Of a stretch of 53,544 nt of DNA, positions 1-8,220 are shown one piece after another. The stretch spans positions 1-53,544 of the forward strand of contig CAMBXP010000005.1 of the NCBI GenBank assembly GCA_945871895.1, given 5' to 3'. Under the pieces are notes generated by a model that was given only the letters and a program-made list of their open reading frames with translations, did not search any database and was not told the DNA's origin. The position numbers were made by a program, and so were the translations under genes. This DNA is from Chryseobacterium gleum (GTDB taxonomy: Bacteria > Bacteroidota > Bacteroidia > Flavobacteriales_C > GCA-002722245). Position 1 is the first letter of the stretch; each line of letters opens with the position of its first letter.

Positions 1-564
1 CCTGTATCGACAACTTGAAAGGCTTTACAGAAGCCATTAATAGCATCTATCCAAAAACAGAGGTGCAAACGTGTGTCGTTCACCAAATTCGCAACTCTTT
101 GAAATATGTAGCGAGTAAAAATCAGAAAGAATTCATGGCCGATTTAAAAGAAGTGTATCGCGCCTCAAGCAAGGAAGTGGCCGAAGAAAAACTCGAAGAA
201 CTGAGTGCTAAATGGGAAAAGAAATATCCTGCTGTGATTACTTCCTGGAAAAATAATTGGCATAAACTCAGCACCTACTTTAAGTACTCAGAAGACATCA
301 GAAAGCTTATATACACTACAAATACCATTGAGGGCTTCCATCGGCAGGTAAGAAAAGTCACCAAGAACAAAGGTGCGTTTACCTCGGATATGGCATTATT
401 AAAGCTCATATATCTCGCTCAGAGAAACATCAGCAAGAAGTGGACACAGCCTTTGCACAATTGGAGTCTCACGGTCTCACAACTTTCTATTATATTTGGC
501 CATAGATTGAAATTGGATATATTGTGATACAAAATTTAAATAGCACAGTTTAATTTACACTCCC
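1..564 (+). mobile_element. IS256-family insertion sequence, right-hand part (cut by the window edge)
   Basis: Mutator-type transposase C-terminus followed by GCACAGTTTAATTTACACTCCC (543-564), which resembles IS256-family right terminal inverted repeats. The left end is outside the window. Confidence 0.85.
3..527 (+). CDS. IS256-family transposase (5'-truncated)
   Basis: Frame is open from base 3: CIDNLKGF..EVQTCVVHQIRNSLKYV..IYTTNTIEGFHRQVRKVTK, with the CxxH motif and the catalytic Glu in TTNxxE. Confidence 0.95.
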   Translation, partial: CIDNLKGFTEAINSIYPKTEVQTCVVHQIRNSLKYVASKNQKEFMADLKEVYRASSKEVAEEKLEELSAKWEKKYPAVITSWKNNWHKLSTYFKYSEDIRKLIYTTNTIEGFHRQVRKVTKNKGAFTSDMALLKLIYLAQRNISKKWTQPLHNWSLTVSQLSIIFGHRLKLDIL

Positions 565-593
565 GGATTATATTATCTTAAATATTTCAAATA

Positions 594-890
594 ATGACCA
601 ACACCATCAAACTCATCCTATCCTTCCTCTTCCTACTCTGTTTGGCCAGCATGCCATACGGCTATTACCAACTCGTTCGTTTCTCAGCGCTAGTAGGCTT
701 TTCAATTTTAGCTTACGATGCCAACAAAAAAGAAAACAAAACACATGTAATTTATTATGTTGCTTTAGCACTATTGTTTCAGCCCTTATTCAAAATCGCC
801 CTCGGCCGAACACTTTGGAACATTCTAGATGTTATCGTAGCTCTGCTATTAATCACCTCTGTCTTTATGGAAAGTAAGAAAGCTCAATAA
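594..890 (+). CDS. Small membrane protein, DUF6804-like
   Basis: 98 aa hydrophobic protein with the MPYGYYQLVRF and LFQPLFKIALGRTLWNILD motifs. Confidence 0.8.
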   Translation: MTNTIKLILSFLFLLCLASMPYGYYQLVRFSALVGFSILAYDANKKENKTHVIYYVALALLFQPLFKIALGRTLWNILDVIVALLLITSVFMESKKAQ

Positions 891-895
891 GCCAA

Positions 896-920
896 TTCCG
901 CGCAATTCTGCGCAATCTGC
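896..920 (+). repeat. TCTGCG-periodic REP-like repeat, copy 1
   Basis: ttccgcgcaattctgcgcaatctgc; the 14-nt core TCTGCGCAATCTGC (907-920) is identical at 2172-2185. Confidence 0.6.
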
Positions 921-1030
921 AGTCGTATTTATTGACCAACGGCAAAATCATTTCCTTTTATTGCCGAAATAAAAACAAACTTTTACCTGCCGCACGATTC
1001 GCTAGAATCCTAGCTAAACAAAAACTAAAC

Positions 1031-2053
1031 ATGATTACTCCAGAGCACAAAATCTGGCTGAACGACATTAAAAGTAAAATTGGTTAAAATCAAGCCAAAG
1101 CAGCATTATCTGTAAATTCGGTATTGATCAACTTTTATTGGGAATTAGGGAAAATGATTTCCGAGAAAGAAACCCACTGGGGAAAAAAGCTTATCGAACA
1201 AGTAAGCATTGATTTAAAAAAGGCATTTCCAGAGATGGAAGGGCTCTCGCGAAGAAATTTATTTAATGCGAAGAAATTCTTTGAATTTTATTCAAAGAAA
1301 TTAGTGCAACAAGCTGTTGCACCAATTAGCCAAAAACTTGTTGGTCAAATTCCTTGGGGACATAACATTCTCATTTTCAGCAAGACGAAAGATATTAAGG
1401 AAGCGCAATTCTATATTCAACAAACCATAGAAAATGCATGGAGCAGGGATACATTAGCACTGCAGTTAAAGTCGGGATTGCATGCAAGAAAAGGGAAAGC
1501 CATTAATAATTTTAAACAAACATTGCCCGAACCTCTATCTGATTTAATGCAACAAACGCTAAAAGACACTTATGTATTCGACTTTATGACATTGGCCAAA
1601 CCTTTCCACGAAAAAGACATTGAAAACCAACTTACGCAACATATCACTAAATTTTTATTAGAACTAGGAAAAGGTTTTGCTTTTGTTGGACAACAATATC
1701 ACGTTGAAATTGCAAATAATGATTACTACATCGATCTCTTGTTTTATCATATTAGGTTAAAATGCTATGTTGTTATCGAACTCAAAAACACCAATTTTTT
1801 TCCTGAATATACGGGCAAACTAAATTTCTATTTATCTGCTATCGATAGCTTAATAAAACAAGACGATGACAAACCCACAATAGGCATTATTCTTTGCAGA
1901 GACAAAAATAATATTGAAGCTGAATTTGCTTTAAGAGGGATCAACAACCCAATAGGTGTTAGCGAATTTAATTTTACAGAAACACTACCCGATGAATTAA
2001 AAAGCAACTTACCCACTATTGAAGAAATTGAAAAGGAATTTTTAAAAGACTAA
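1031..2053 (+). pseudogene. DUF1016/YhcG PD-(D/E)XK nuclease-family gene with an in-frame TAA at codon 19
   Basis: ATG1031 reads MITPEHKIWLNDIKSKIG*NQAKAALSVNSVLINFYWELG in the same frame as ORF 1124-2053. Motifs include IPWGHN, FLLELGKGFAFVGQQ, YYIDLLFYH, VIELK, GKLNFYL and PTIGIILC. Confidence 0.8.
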
Positions 2054-2063
2054 TACACTTGTT

Positions 2064-2095
2064 TTCTAAACCCATCGAATTCGATGGGTTTAGAA
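2064..2095. repeat. Perfect 32-bp palindrome, possible terminator or operator
   Basis: TTCTAAACCCATCGAA|TTCGATGGGTTTAGAA, beginning 10 nt after the DUF1016 stop. Confidence 0.8.
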
Positions 2096-2160
2096 TCTCC
2101 CAAAAACCTAATAAAAAGAGATTCGCCTAAAGATTTCCACAGAGAGCTTCTAATGCCCTC

Positions 2161-2188
2161 TTCTGCGTAAATCTGCGCAATCTGCGGG
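2161..2188 (+). repeat. TCTGCG-periodic REP-like repeat, copy 2
   Basis: ttctgcgtaaatctgcgcaatctgcggg; related copies at 896-920 and 37848-37876. Confidence 0.65.
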
Positions 2189-2265
2189 CACCCTTTTGTT
2201 AAACTCCACTAAAAACTTTCGCACTCCCAATAATTTATTACCTTTACGGCCTAATAATTTGAATT

Positions 2266-2442
2266 ATGGGAAAATTAGGAATTACTGAAATCGTTGTCAT
2301 TTTATTGATAGTGCTTTTATTGTTTGGTGGTAAAAAAATACCTGAACTAATGAAAGGTTTAGGAAAAGGTATCAAAGAATTTAAAGATGCAAAAGACGGC
2401 AATAATGGTGATGCAACTACCGTTGAGCCTAAAAAAGATTAA
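2266..2442 (+). CDS. tatA: Twin-arginine translocase TatA/TatE subunit (58 aa, absent from the ORF track)
   Basis: Manual translation [45 protein letters not shown]...: TM helix, FG hinge and amphipathic helix. Confidence 0.95.
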   Translation: MGKLGITEIVVILLIVLLLFGGKKIPELMKGLGKGIKEFKDAKDGNNGDATTVEPKKD

Positions 2443-2446
2443 TTAC

Positions 2447-2471
2447 AAGGCTGCTGAAAAGCAGCCTTTTT
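2447..2471 (+). terminator. Rho-independent terminator after tatA
   Basis: AAGGCTGC-tgaaaa-GCAGCCTT followed by a T run. Confidence 0.8.
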
Positions 2472-2495
2472 ATTTACCTAATTTTTTATTTAGAT

Positions 2496-3488
2496 ATGCG
2501 AGGCATTTCGCCTAAATTCCTTCGTTGGAACAAGTTTTTTCTTGTTCTTTTCCTCGCCTTCTCCTACCCTTTAGTACAAGCCAATACCGATTCGCTAAGC
2601 ATGCAGCAGCGCATGAACAGACTCGATGAACAATCGGATATCCATTTTGTTTTAAATAACCTTGTTAAAGAAAAAATCACCGAATTTGGCAAACAAAAAA
2701 AGCTAATTGCTTTATGTAGGGCCGATGGTGCACTATACTTTCCCTTGATTGAAGCCGAGTTTTCTAAAAACAAAATTCCTTTAGAGCTGAAATACATCAC
2801 GGTGATGGAATCGCATGTGAATCCGGCAGCAGGGCATAGTGAGGGTCCGGCCGGACTATGGCAAATAACCAACAGCACAGGCAAAGTTATGGGCTTGCGC
2901 AACGATAAATGCATCGACGATCGCAGAACCCCACTGGCGAGTACCAAAGCCGTAAGCGCTTACTTTGCTAAGTTGTATAAAATTTATGGAGATTGGCAAT
3001 TGACTATTACTGCTTATCAAATAGGCAACGGAACATTAGATAAAATAATCGCCAAACACGGCAAAAAAGATTACTGGTCTCTGCGCTCCTATTTGCCAAA
3101 ATTCGCCAGTGACTACATGGCTAAATATTTTGCTGTTTGCTACGTAATGGAGAATTATGAGAGTTTTGGTGTTGTGCCTTACGCAGGAAAATACAATGCC
3201 TCTAAACTCGATACGGTGCACATCACACAAGCCCTTGGATTTGAAAAAATGGCACAAGCTCTAAGCATCCCCAAAAGCGCAATTTCAAAATTGAATCCTC
3301 AATTTAAACAACAATTTTTTCCTGCTGAAAATGGTATTTATGCTGTTCTTCCTACCGAAGCCGCAAAAACGTTTAAAGAAGATCCAAAGAAAGTGTACAA
3401 CTTCGCCATGAAGAAAATAATGGTGCAAAGCAAAACGGTGCCCACAAAGAAAAGCACTAAAAAAACCGCCAAGAAAAAGAAGAAATAG
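2496..3488 (+). CDS. Lytic transglycosylase (SLT domain, MltD-like, no intact LysM repeats seen)
   Basis: Signal peptide; IPLELKYITVMES (catalytic Glu), GLWQI, DDRR, GDWQLTITAYQIG; Lys-rich C-terminal tail. Confidence 0.85.
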   Translation: MRGISPKFLRWNKFFLVLFLAFSYPLVQANTDSLSMQQRMNRLDEQSDIHFVLNNLVKEKITEFGKQKKLIALCRADGALYFPLIEAEFSKNKIPLELKYITVMESHVNPAAGHSEGPAGLWQITNSTGKVMGLRNDKCIDDRRTPLASTKAVSAYFAKLYKIYGDWQLTITAYQIGNGTLDKIIAKHGKKDYWSLRSYLPKFASDYMAKYFAVCYVMENYESFGVVPYAGKYNASKLDTVHITQALGFEKMAQALSIPKSAISKLNPQFKQQFFPAENGIYAVLPTEAAKTFKEDPKKVYNFAMKKIMVQSKTVPTKKSTKKTAKKKKK

Positions 3489-3494
3489 CACAAC

Positions 3495-4937
3495 ATGTCG
3501 GCGCCAACCACGATTAAACCCATTAAAATTCTTTTACTTATCGTTCTAGTAAACCTAGTTTTATTGGCTGTTTGGTTAATATTTCCAGATAAAGGCATTC
3601 CCATCACCAAAGAACTTAGCGTTAAGTTTCCTTCTCCCAAAGAATATTTTGAACCAGATGTTCTAAAGAACGAAAAACCAGTAACTGAAAAAATTACGAA
3701 AGCACTCAAAAACACTACCTTTTCTGAAGATTCTGTTCAGCATTTCATTCCTCTAAGCGATGAAGACATCATAGTATCAGCAAACGAAAAACTGATGCAT
3801 CCTAATGATTTTGAAAATGCATTGGAAGCGTTTTATGGTAAATTGGAAACAATAAAAGACGGACAACTGCTGCGCGTTCTTCACTTCGGAGATTCACAAA
3901 TTGAAGGCGACAGAATTAGCGGTGTGCTACGCGATATTTTACAAAACAAATTTGGCGGTTGTGGTGTAGGGTATATCCCTGTTAATGATCCTTCTTCAAG
4001 CAGAAAAAATGTAAGCAGAACTTCATTGGGCAAATGGACAAAACACGCCGTAGTTCGCTCTAGCATCACTCCTCCACACAACAATTACAGCTTTTTGGGT
4101 AGCTTTTATCAATGGGAAAAATTAGCAACAAACAGCAGCGTAGGCATCAATATCAAAAAGAACAAAGGCAGCAATCGAAAGCTTCAACAGTTCGAACAAA
4201 TTTCGTTGATGTATAGAAATTACTCTAAACCATTTGAGTGTAAAATTACTTGTGATACTGCTATCATTCATGAGGGATTGATGCAAGACTCGGGCATCTT
4301 TCAGCACCAATGGAATTACAAAGGTTTTGGTAAAGGTGAATTGAATTTTAGATTTAGCGGAGATGGAAACCCCGATATTTACGGAATAAGTTTAGATTGT
4401 AAACAAGGTGTTGCTGTTGACAACATTTCTTTGAGAGGTAGTTCGGGCACCGATTTCACGAAAATGAATAAAGAGTCAATGAAACAGCAGGTTTCAAAGA
4501 TGAATGTTGCGCTCATTATCTATCAATTTGGTGTGAATGTGGTGCCTAATGAAGTCGCAGGCTATGGCTTTTATCGCGATATGATGGTGCATCAAATAAA
4601 CTACCTTAAACAAATTGCTCCCACAGCATCTATACTGGTCATAGGCGTTTCAGATATGTGCAAAAAGGAAGGAAGCGAATTTGTATCTTATGGCAACATT
4701 GAAAAAATTCGCGATGCACAGAAAGAAGCTGCGCAGCTGACTGGCTGTGCATTTTGGGATTTGTATGAAGTAATGGGCGGACAAAATTCTATGGCAGAAT
4801 GGGTAACAGCTTCTCCTTCACTAGCCGAAAAAGATTATACCCATTTTAACTGGCGTGGCGCGAATGTGGTAGGTGAAAAACTGGGCAATGCTATTTTAAA
4901 AGACTATTATGATTTTAAGAAACTGGAAATATATTAG
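3495..4937 (+). CDS. Membrane-anchored SGNH/GDSL protein, PatB/AlgJ-like O-acetyltransferase candidate
   Basis: N-terminal TM helix; HFGDSQIEGDR (block I), LRGSSG, FGVN and DYTH (DxxH). Confidence 0.8.
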   Translation: MSAPTTIKPIKILLLIVLVNLVLLAVWLIFPDKGIPITKELSVKFPSPKEYFEPDVLKNEKPVTEKITKALKNTTFSEDSVQHFIPLSDEDIIVSANEKLMHPNDFENALEAFYGKLETIKDGQLLRVLHFGDSQIEGDRISGVLRDILQNKFGGCGVGYIPVNDPSSSRKNVSRTSLGKWTKHAVVRSSITPPHNNYSFLGSFYQWEKLATNSSVGINIKKNKGSNRKLQQFEQISLMYRNYSKPFECKITCDTAIIHEGLMQDSGIFQHQWNYKGFGKGELNFRFSGDGNPDIYGISLDCKQGVAVDNISLRGSSGTDFTKMNKESMKQQVSKMNVALIIYQFGVNVVPNEVAGYGFYRDMMVHQINYLKQIAPTASILVIGVSDMCKKEGSEFVSYGNIEKIRDAQKEAAQLTGCAFWDLYEVMGGQNSMAEWVTASPSLAEKDYTHFNWRGANVVGEKLGNAILKDYYDFKKLEIY

Positions 4938-4962
4938 TTCAATGTTTAATGTTCAATGTTCA

Positions 4963-7734
4963 ATGTTGGAAAAACAAGGCTTTATGTTTTTTGGCTTTTT
5001 GCTTTTTACATTTAACTTATTCTCTCAACACAGCATTGATACGCTTAAACAATATCCTTTCATTGATTATTCATCTAACAAAATTTTAGTAAAAGACAGC
5101 AGCACACTTAAAGGTTTTTACAATAAATTGTGGGAGTATGAAGCGAAGAAAAGCGGACAAGTTAAAATTCTTTTCATAGGCGATTCGCATACGCAAGCAG
5201 GCTATTGGACTGCGAAAACACGAGAGCTTTTTCACCGATCTTTCGACTGCGGAACTAGTGCTAGAGGTTTTGTTTTTCCTTACTCGATGGCCAAAACAAA
5301 CGGTCCGCTTAACTACGGTATTCGCTTCAACGGTAAATGGTATCCGCAAAGATGTATTTATCCCGATACCACTTGTAACTGGGGATTGGCGGGCATTACC
5401 GTTAGCTCGCCCGAAGATTCTCTCTTTGTAAGAGTGTATTGCAACAACAAAACATTTGAAACTTATTACCACGATAGAATTTCGGTGTTGTACGACCCTA
5501 CCAAAGCACAACGCAACATCTCTGTTTTCTCGCAAGGCGCGAATGTCATCAACAGCACCAACGATAAAAAACTAGGCATTCAAACTTTCTATTTCGATAA
5601 GCTTACAGATACCATTACTGTAAACATTCGCAAGTTGGACAAAACCGACAATCAATTCGCCTTACAAGGATTTATATTGGATAATTCTCGTCCGGGCATT
5701 ATAGCCAGTGAAGTAGGTGTGAACGGCGCAACGGTAGGCGCCTTCTTGCAGTGTAAAAATTTCGCCAAACAAATCAATTACTATCAACCCGATTTACTCG
5801 TTCTGTCTTTTGGCACCAACGACATTTACAACACCAACTACAACGACTCCACTTTTTACCGCCATTACGACAGTTTGCTCACCTCCATCAGAATAGCAAT
5901 GCCATACACGTCTATTGTTTTAACTACTCCCGGCGATTGCAAAAGAAACCGCAAAACAACCATTAGAGCATCGTTGGCCGCACGAAAAATAATTATCGCT
6001 TTGGCTAAAAAACACAACTGCGCCATTTGGGATTTCTTAAAGGTAATGGGAGGTGTAAATTCCATTGAACATTGGGTAGCCAATGGTTTGGGTAATGGTG
6101 ATAAAATTCACCTCTCTGAAAAAGGCTATAACTTGATGGGCTCCTTATTTTACAATGCTTTGGCAGAGGGCTACGACGCACACACCAAAGGATGGAAGGT
6201 GCAGGTAATTGAAGAAAATACAGAAAATATTTTTTGGTACGGTTTGAAAAAAGTGTTCTCCACCGACCCTAAAGATCCTATGATTTTTAGTAACTATAGC
6301 TTCTGGATTTTCTTCATCGTGCTCTTAATCGGCTATGTTTTCATCTACAATAAATTTAAAGCGCGATCACTTTATCTCAGTGTTTTTAGTTTATATTTTT
6401 ATTACAAATCGGGGGGCTTCTTTTTTACCCTCCTTATTTTTTCTACCATTTTAGATTATTATCTCGCACTCAAAATTTACAACTCGAAAAACAAAGCCAC
6501 CAGAAAAAGTATGCTCTTCATCAGCTTATTTATCAATTTAGGCTTGCTCGCTTTTTTCAAATATTCTCAATTCTTTATCGATAATATCAACTTATTACTT
6601 CACACCGATTTTAAAGCCACAAACATCTTCTCTATTGCAACGAATTCTTTGTTTGGCACTTCGCTGCCTATCGATAAAATTATTTTGCCTGTGGGCATTT
6701 CATTCTTCACCTTTCAAACCTTGAGCTATACCATAGATATCTACTTTGGTAATTTAGAACCTACCGAAGACATTTGGGATTTCGCTTTCTTTATTACCTT
6801 CTTTCCGCAATTGGTTGCCGGACCAATAGTTCGCGCTGCCGACTTCATTCCGCAAATCAAGAAAAAGTACAGTTTAACACAAGAAGATTTTGGTAGAGCA
6901 GTATTCTTAATTCTAACCGGGTTATTTAAAAAAGTAGTGATTTCCGATTTCATCTCTGTGAACTTTGTCGACCGCGTTTTCGATAATCCGCTCAGTTATT
7001 CGGGCTTCGAAAACCTGATGGGTATTTACGGTTATGCTATTCAAATATATTGCGACTTTTCGGGCTATAGCGATATGGCCATTGGTATTGCGCTCTTGCT
7101 TGGTTTTCATTTACCGGTCAATTTTGCTTCCCCCTACTTGGCTTTCAGTATCACCGAATTTTGGAAAAGATGGCACATCTCTCTATCCACGTGGTTAAAA
7201 GATTACCTCTACATTCCATTGGGTGGAAATCGCTTAGGGAAAGTGAGAACTTACATCAATCTATTACTCACGATGTTGATTGGCGGATTGTGGCACGGAG
7301 CCGCTTTCAAATTCATAGTGTGGGGCGGAATGCACGGCGGAGCGCTGGCAGCAGAAAGAGGATGGAAAGATAAATTTAAATGGAAAATGCCACGCTTCTT
7401 AGGATGGCTGCTCACCTTTCATTTTATAGCTGCCTGCTGGATACTGTTTCGTGCTGCCGATTTTGAAGCCATCAGCAACATGTTTTCTCAAATCGCCCAT
7501 CATTTCAACTGGCAACAAATACCTGTTTATATGTCATCGTACTACGCAGTATTCTTACTAATTCTGCTAGGCTTCGCAGCACACTGCATTCCTATGAACT
7601 TCGAAAAAAAAGTGGAGCTCTCTTTAGGAAAGCTCCACATCTCTTTTTTAAGTGTTGTTACGGTAATTATGATTGTAATTATCTTTCAATTTAAATCGGC
7701 AGATATTCAGCCGTTTATTTACTTTCAGTTTTAA
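4963..7734 (+). CDS. Fusion of an N-terminal SGNH/GDSL domain (Ape1-like) with a C-terminal MBOAT O-acyltransferase (PatA/AlgI-like)
   Basis: One continuous ORF (longest form 4909-7734; in-frame ATGs at 4942, 4963 and 4984, so the start is uncertain). SGNH motifs GDSH, GVNGA, FGTND, DKIH; MBOAT motifs LPVGISFFTFQ, FFPQLVAGPI, YCDFSGYSDMA, FWKRWHISLS, GLWHGA and terminal FIYFQF. Confidence 0.88.
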   Translation: MLEKQGFMFFGFLLFTFNLFSQHSIDTLKQYPFIDYSSNKILVKDSSTLKGFYNKLWEYEAKKSGQVKILFIGDSHTQAGYWTAKTRELFHRSFDCGTSARGFVFPYSMAKTNGPLNYGIRFNGKWYPQRCIYPDTTCNWGLAGITVSSPEDSLFVRVYCNNKTFETYYHDRISVLYDPTKAQRNISVFSQGANVINSTNDKKLGIQTFYFDKLTDTITVNIRKLDKTDNQFALQGFILDNSRPGIIASEVGVNGATVGAFLQCKNFAKQINYYQPDLLVLSFGTNDIYNTNYNDSTFYRHYDSLLTSIRIAMPYTSIVLTTPGDCKRNRKTTIRASLAARKIIIALAKKHNCAIWDFLKVMGGVNSIEHWVANGLGNGDKIHLSEKGYNLMGSLFYNALAEGYDAHTKGWKVQVIEENTENIFWYGLKKVFSTDPKDPMIFSNYSFWIFFIVLLIGYVFIYNKFKARSLYLSVFSLYFYYKSGGFFFTLLIFSTILDYYLALKIYNSKNKATRKSMLFISLFINLGLLAFFKYSQFFIDNINLLLHTDFKATNIFSIATNSLFGTSLPIDKIILPVGISFFTFQTLSYTIDIYFGNLEPTEDIWDFAFFITFFPQLVAGPIVRAADFIPQIKKKYSLTQEDFGRAVFLILTGLFKKVVISDFISVNFVDRVFDNPLSYSGFENLMGIYGYAIQIYCDFSGYSDMAIGIALLLGFHLPVNFASPYLAFSITEFWKRWHISLSTWLKDYLYIPLGGNRLGKVRTYINLLLTMLIGGLWHGAAFKFIVWGGMHGGALAAERGWKDKFKWKMPRFLGWLLTFHFIAACWILFRAADFEAISNMFSQIAHHFNWQQIPVYMSSYYAVFLLILLGFAAHCIPMNFEKKVELSLGKLHISFLSVVTVIMIVIIFQFKSADIQPFIYFQF

Positions 7735-8129
7735 ACCGCCATCTTCTCTTTCGCTGTTTCAAAAGAAGAAATTGATTCCATAATATCGCTCAACCTATCC
7801 ATGTGGAATGATTTGATGATGTAATCAAAAGCCTTGTTCTCCATAGCTAATGAGATTGTTTCGTAATCTACCGAAGAAGAGCACATCACAAAAGGAGTGT
7901 GGTGGTTGATGGCCAAAGCATCTCTCTTTTCTTGTTTTAAAATATCTAAACCCGAAATATCTGGTAAGTTCACGTCTAATATGATAGCATCATATTTGTT
8001 CGACTGAATAAGATTTTTGGCTTCTTCTCCTGTTGTTGCTACTTCTACTTCACAATCTTTCGATAGTTTTTTTTCCATCAAGCGCAACGTAAATATTTCA
8101 TCGTCTACCACCAGTACTTTTTTCCCCAT
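7731..8129 (-). CDS. Stand-alone response-regulator receiver protein
   Basis: VLVVDDE, IILDVNLPDISG (phospho-Asp), DYIIK; no output domain. Confidence 0.9.
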   Translation of the reverse strand: MGKKVLVVDDEIFTLRLMEKKLSKDCEVEVATTGEEAKNLIQSNKYDAIILDVNLPDISGLDILKQEKRDALAINHHTPFVMCSSSVDYETISLAMENKAFDYIIKSFHMDRLSDIMESISSFETAKEKMAV

Positions 8130-8220
8130 AAAATATCACTTTTGTGTTTGTACTAACTCTTATTTTTACCTTAATTTACCTAGAGAGTCTCAAAAGCTTG
8201 TATTTCGCTAGATTCGAAGA

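Noticed and set aside
565-573. IS256 target-site duplication
   Set aside because: Cannot be verified because the left end of the element is outside the window.
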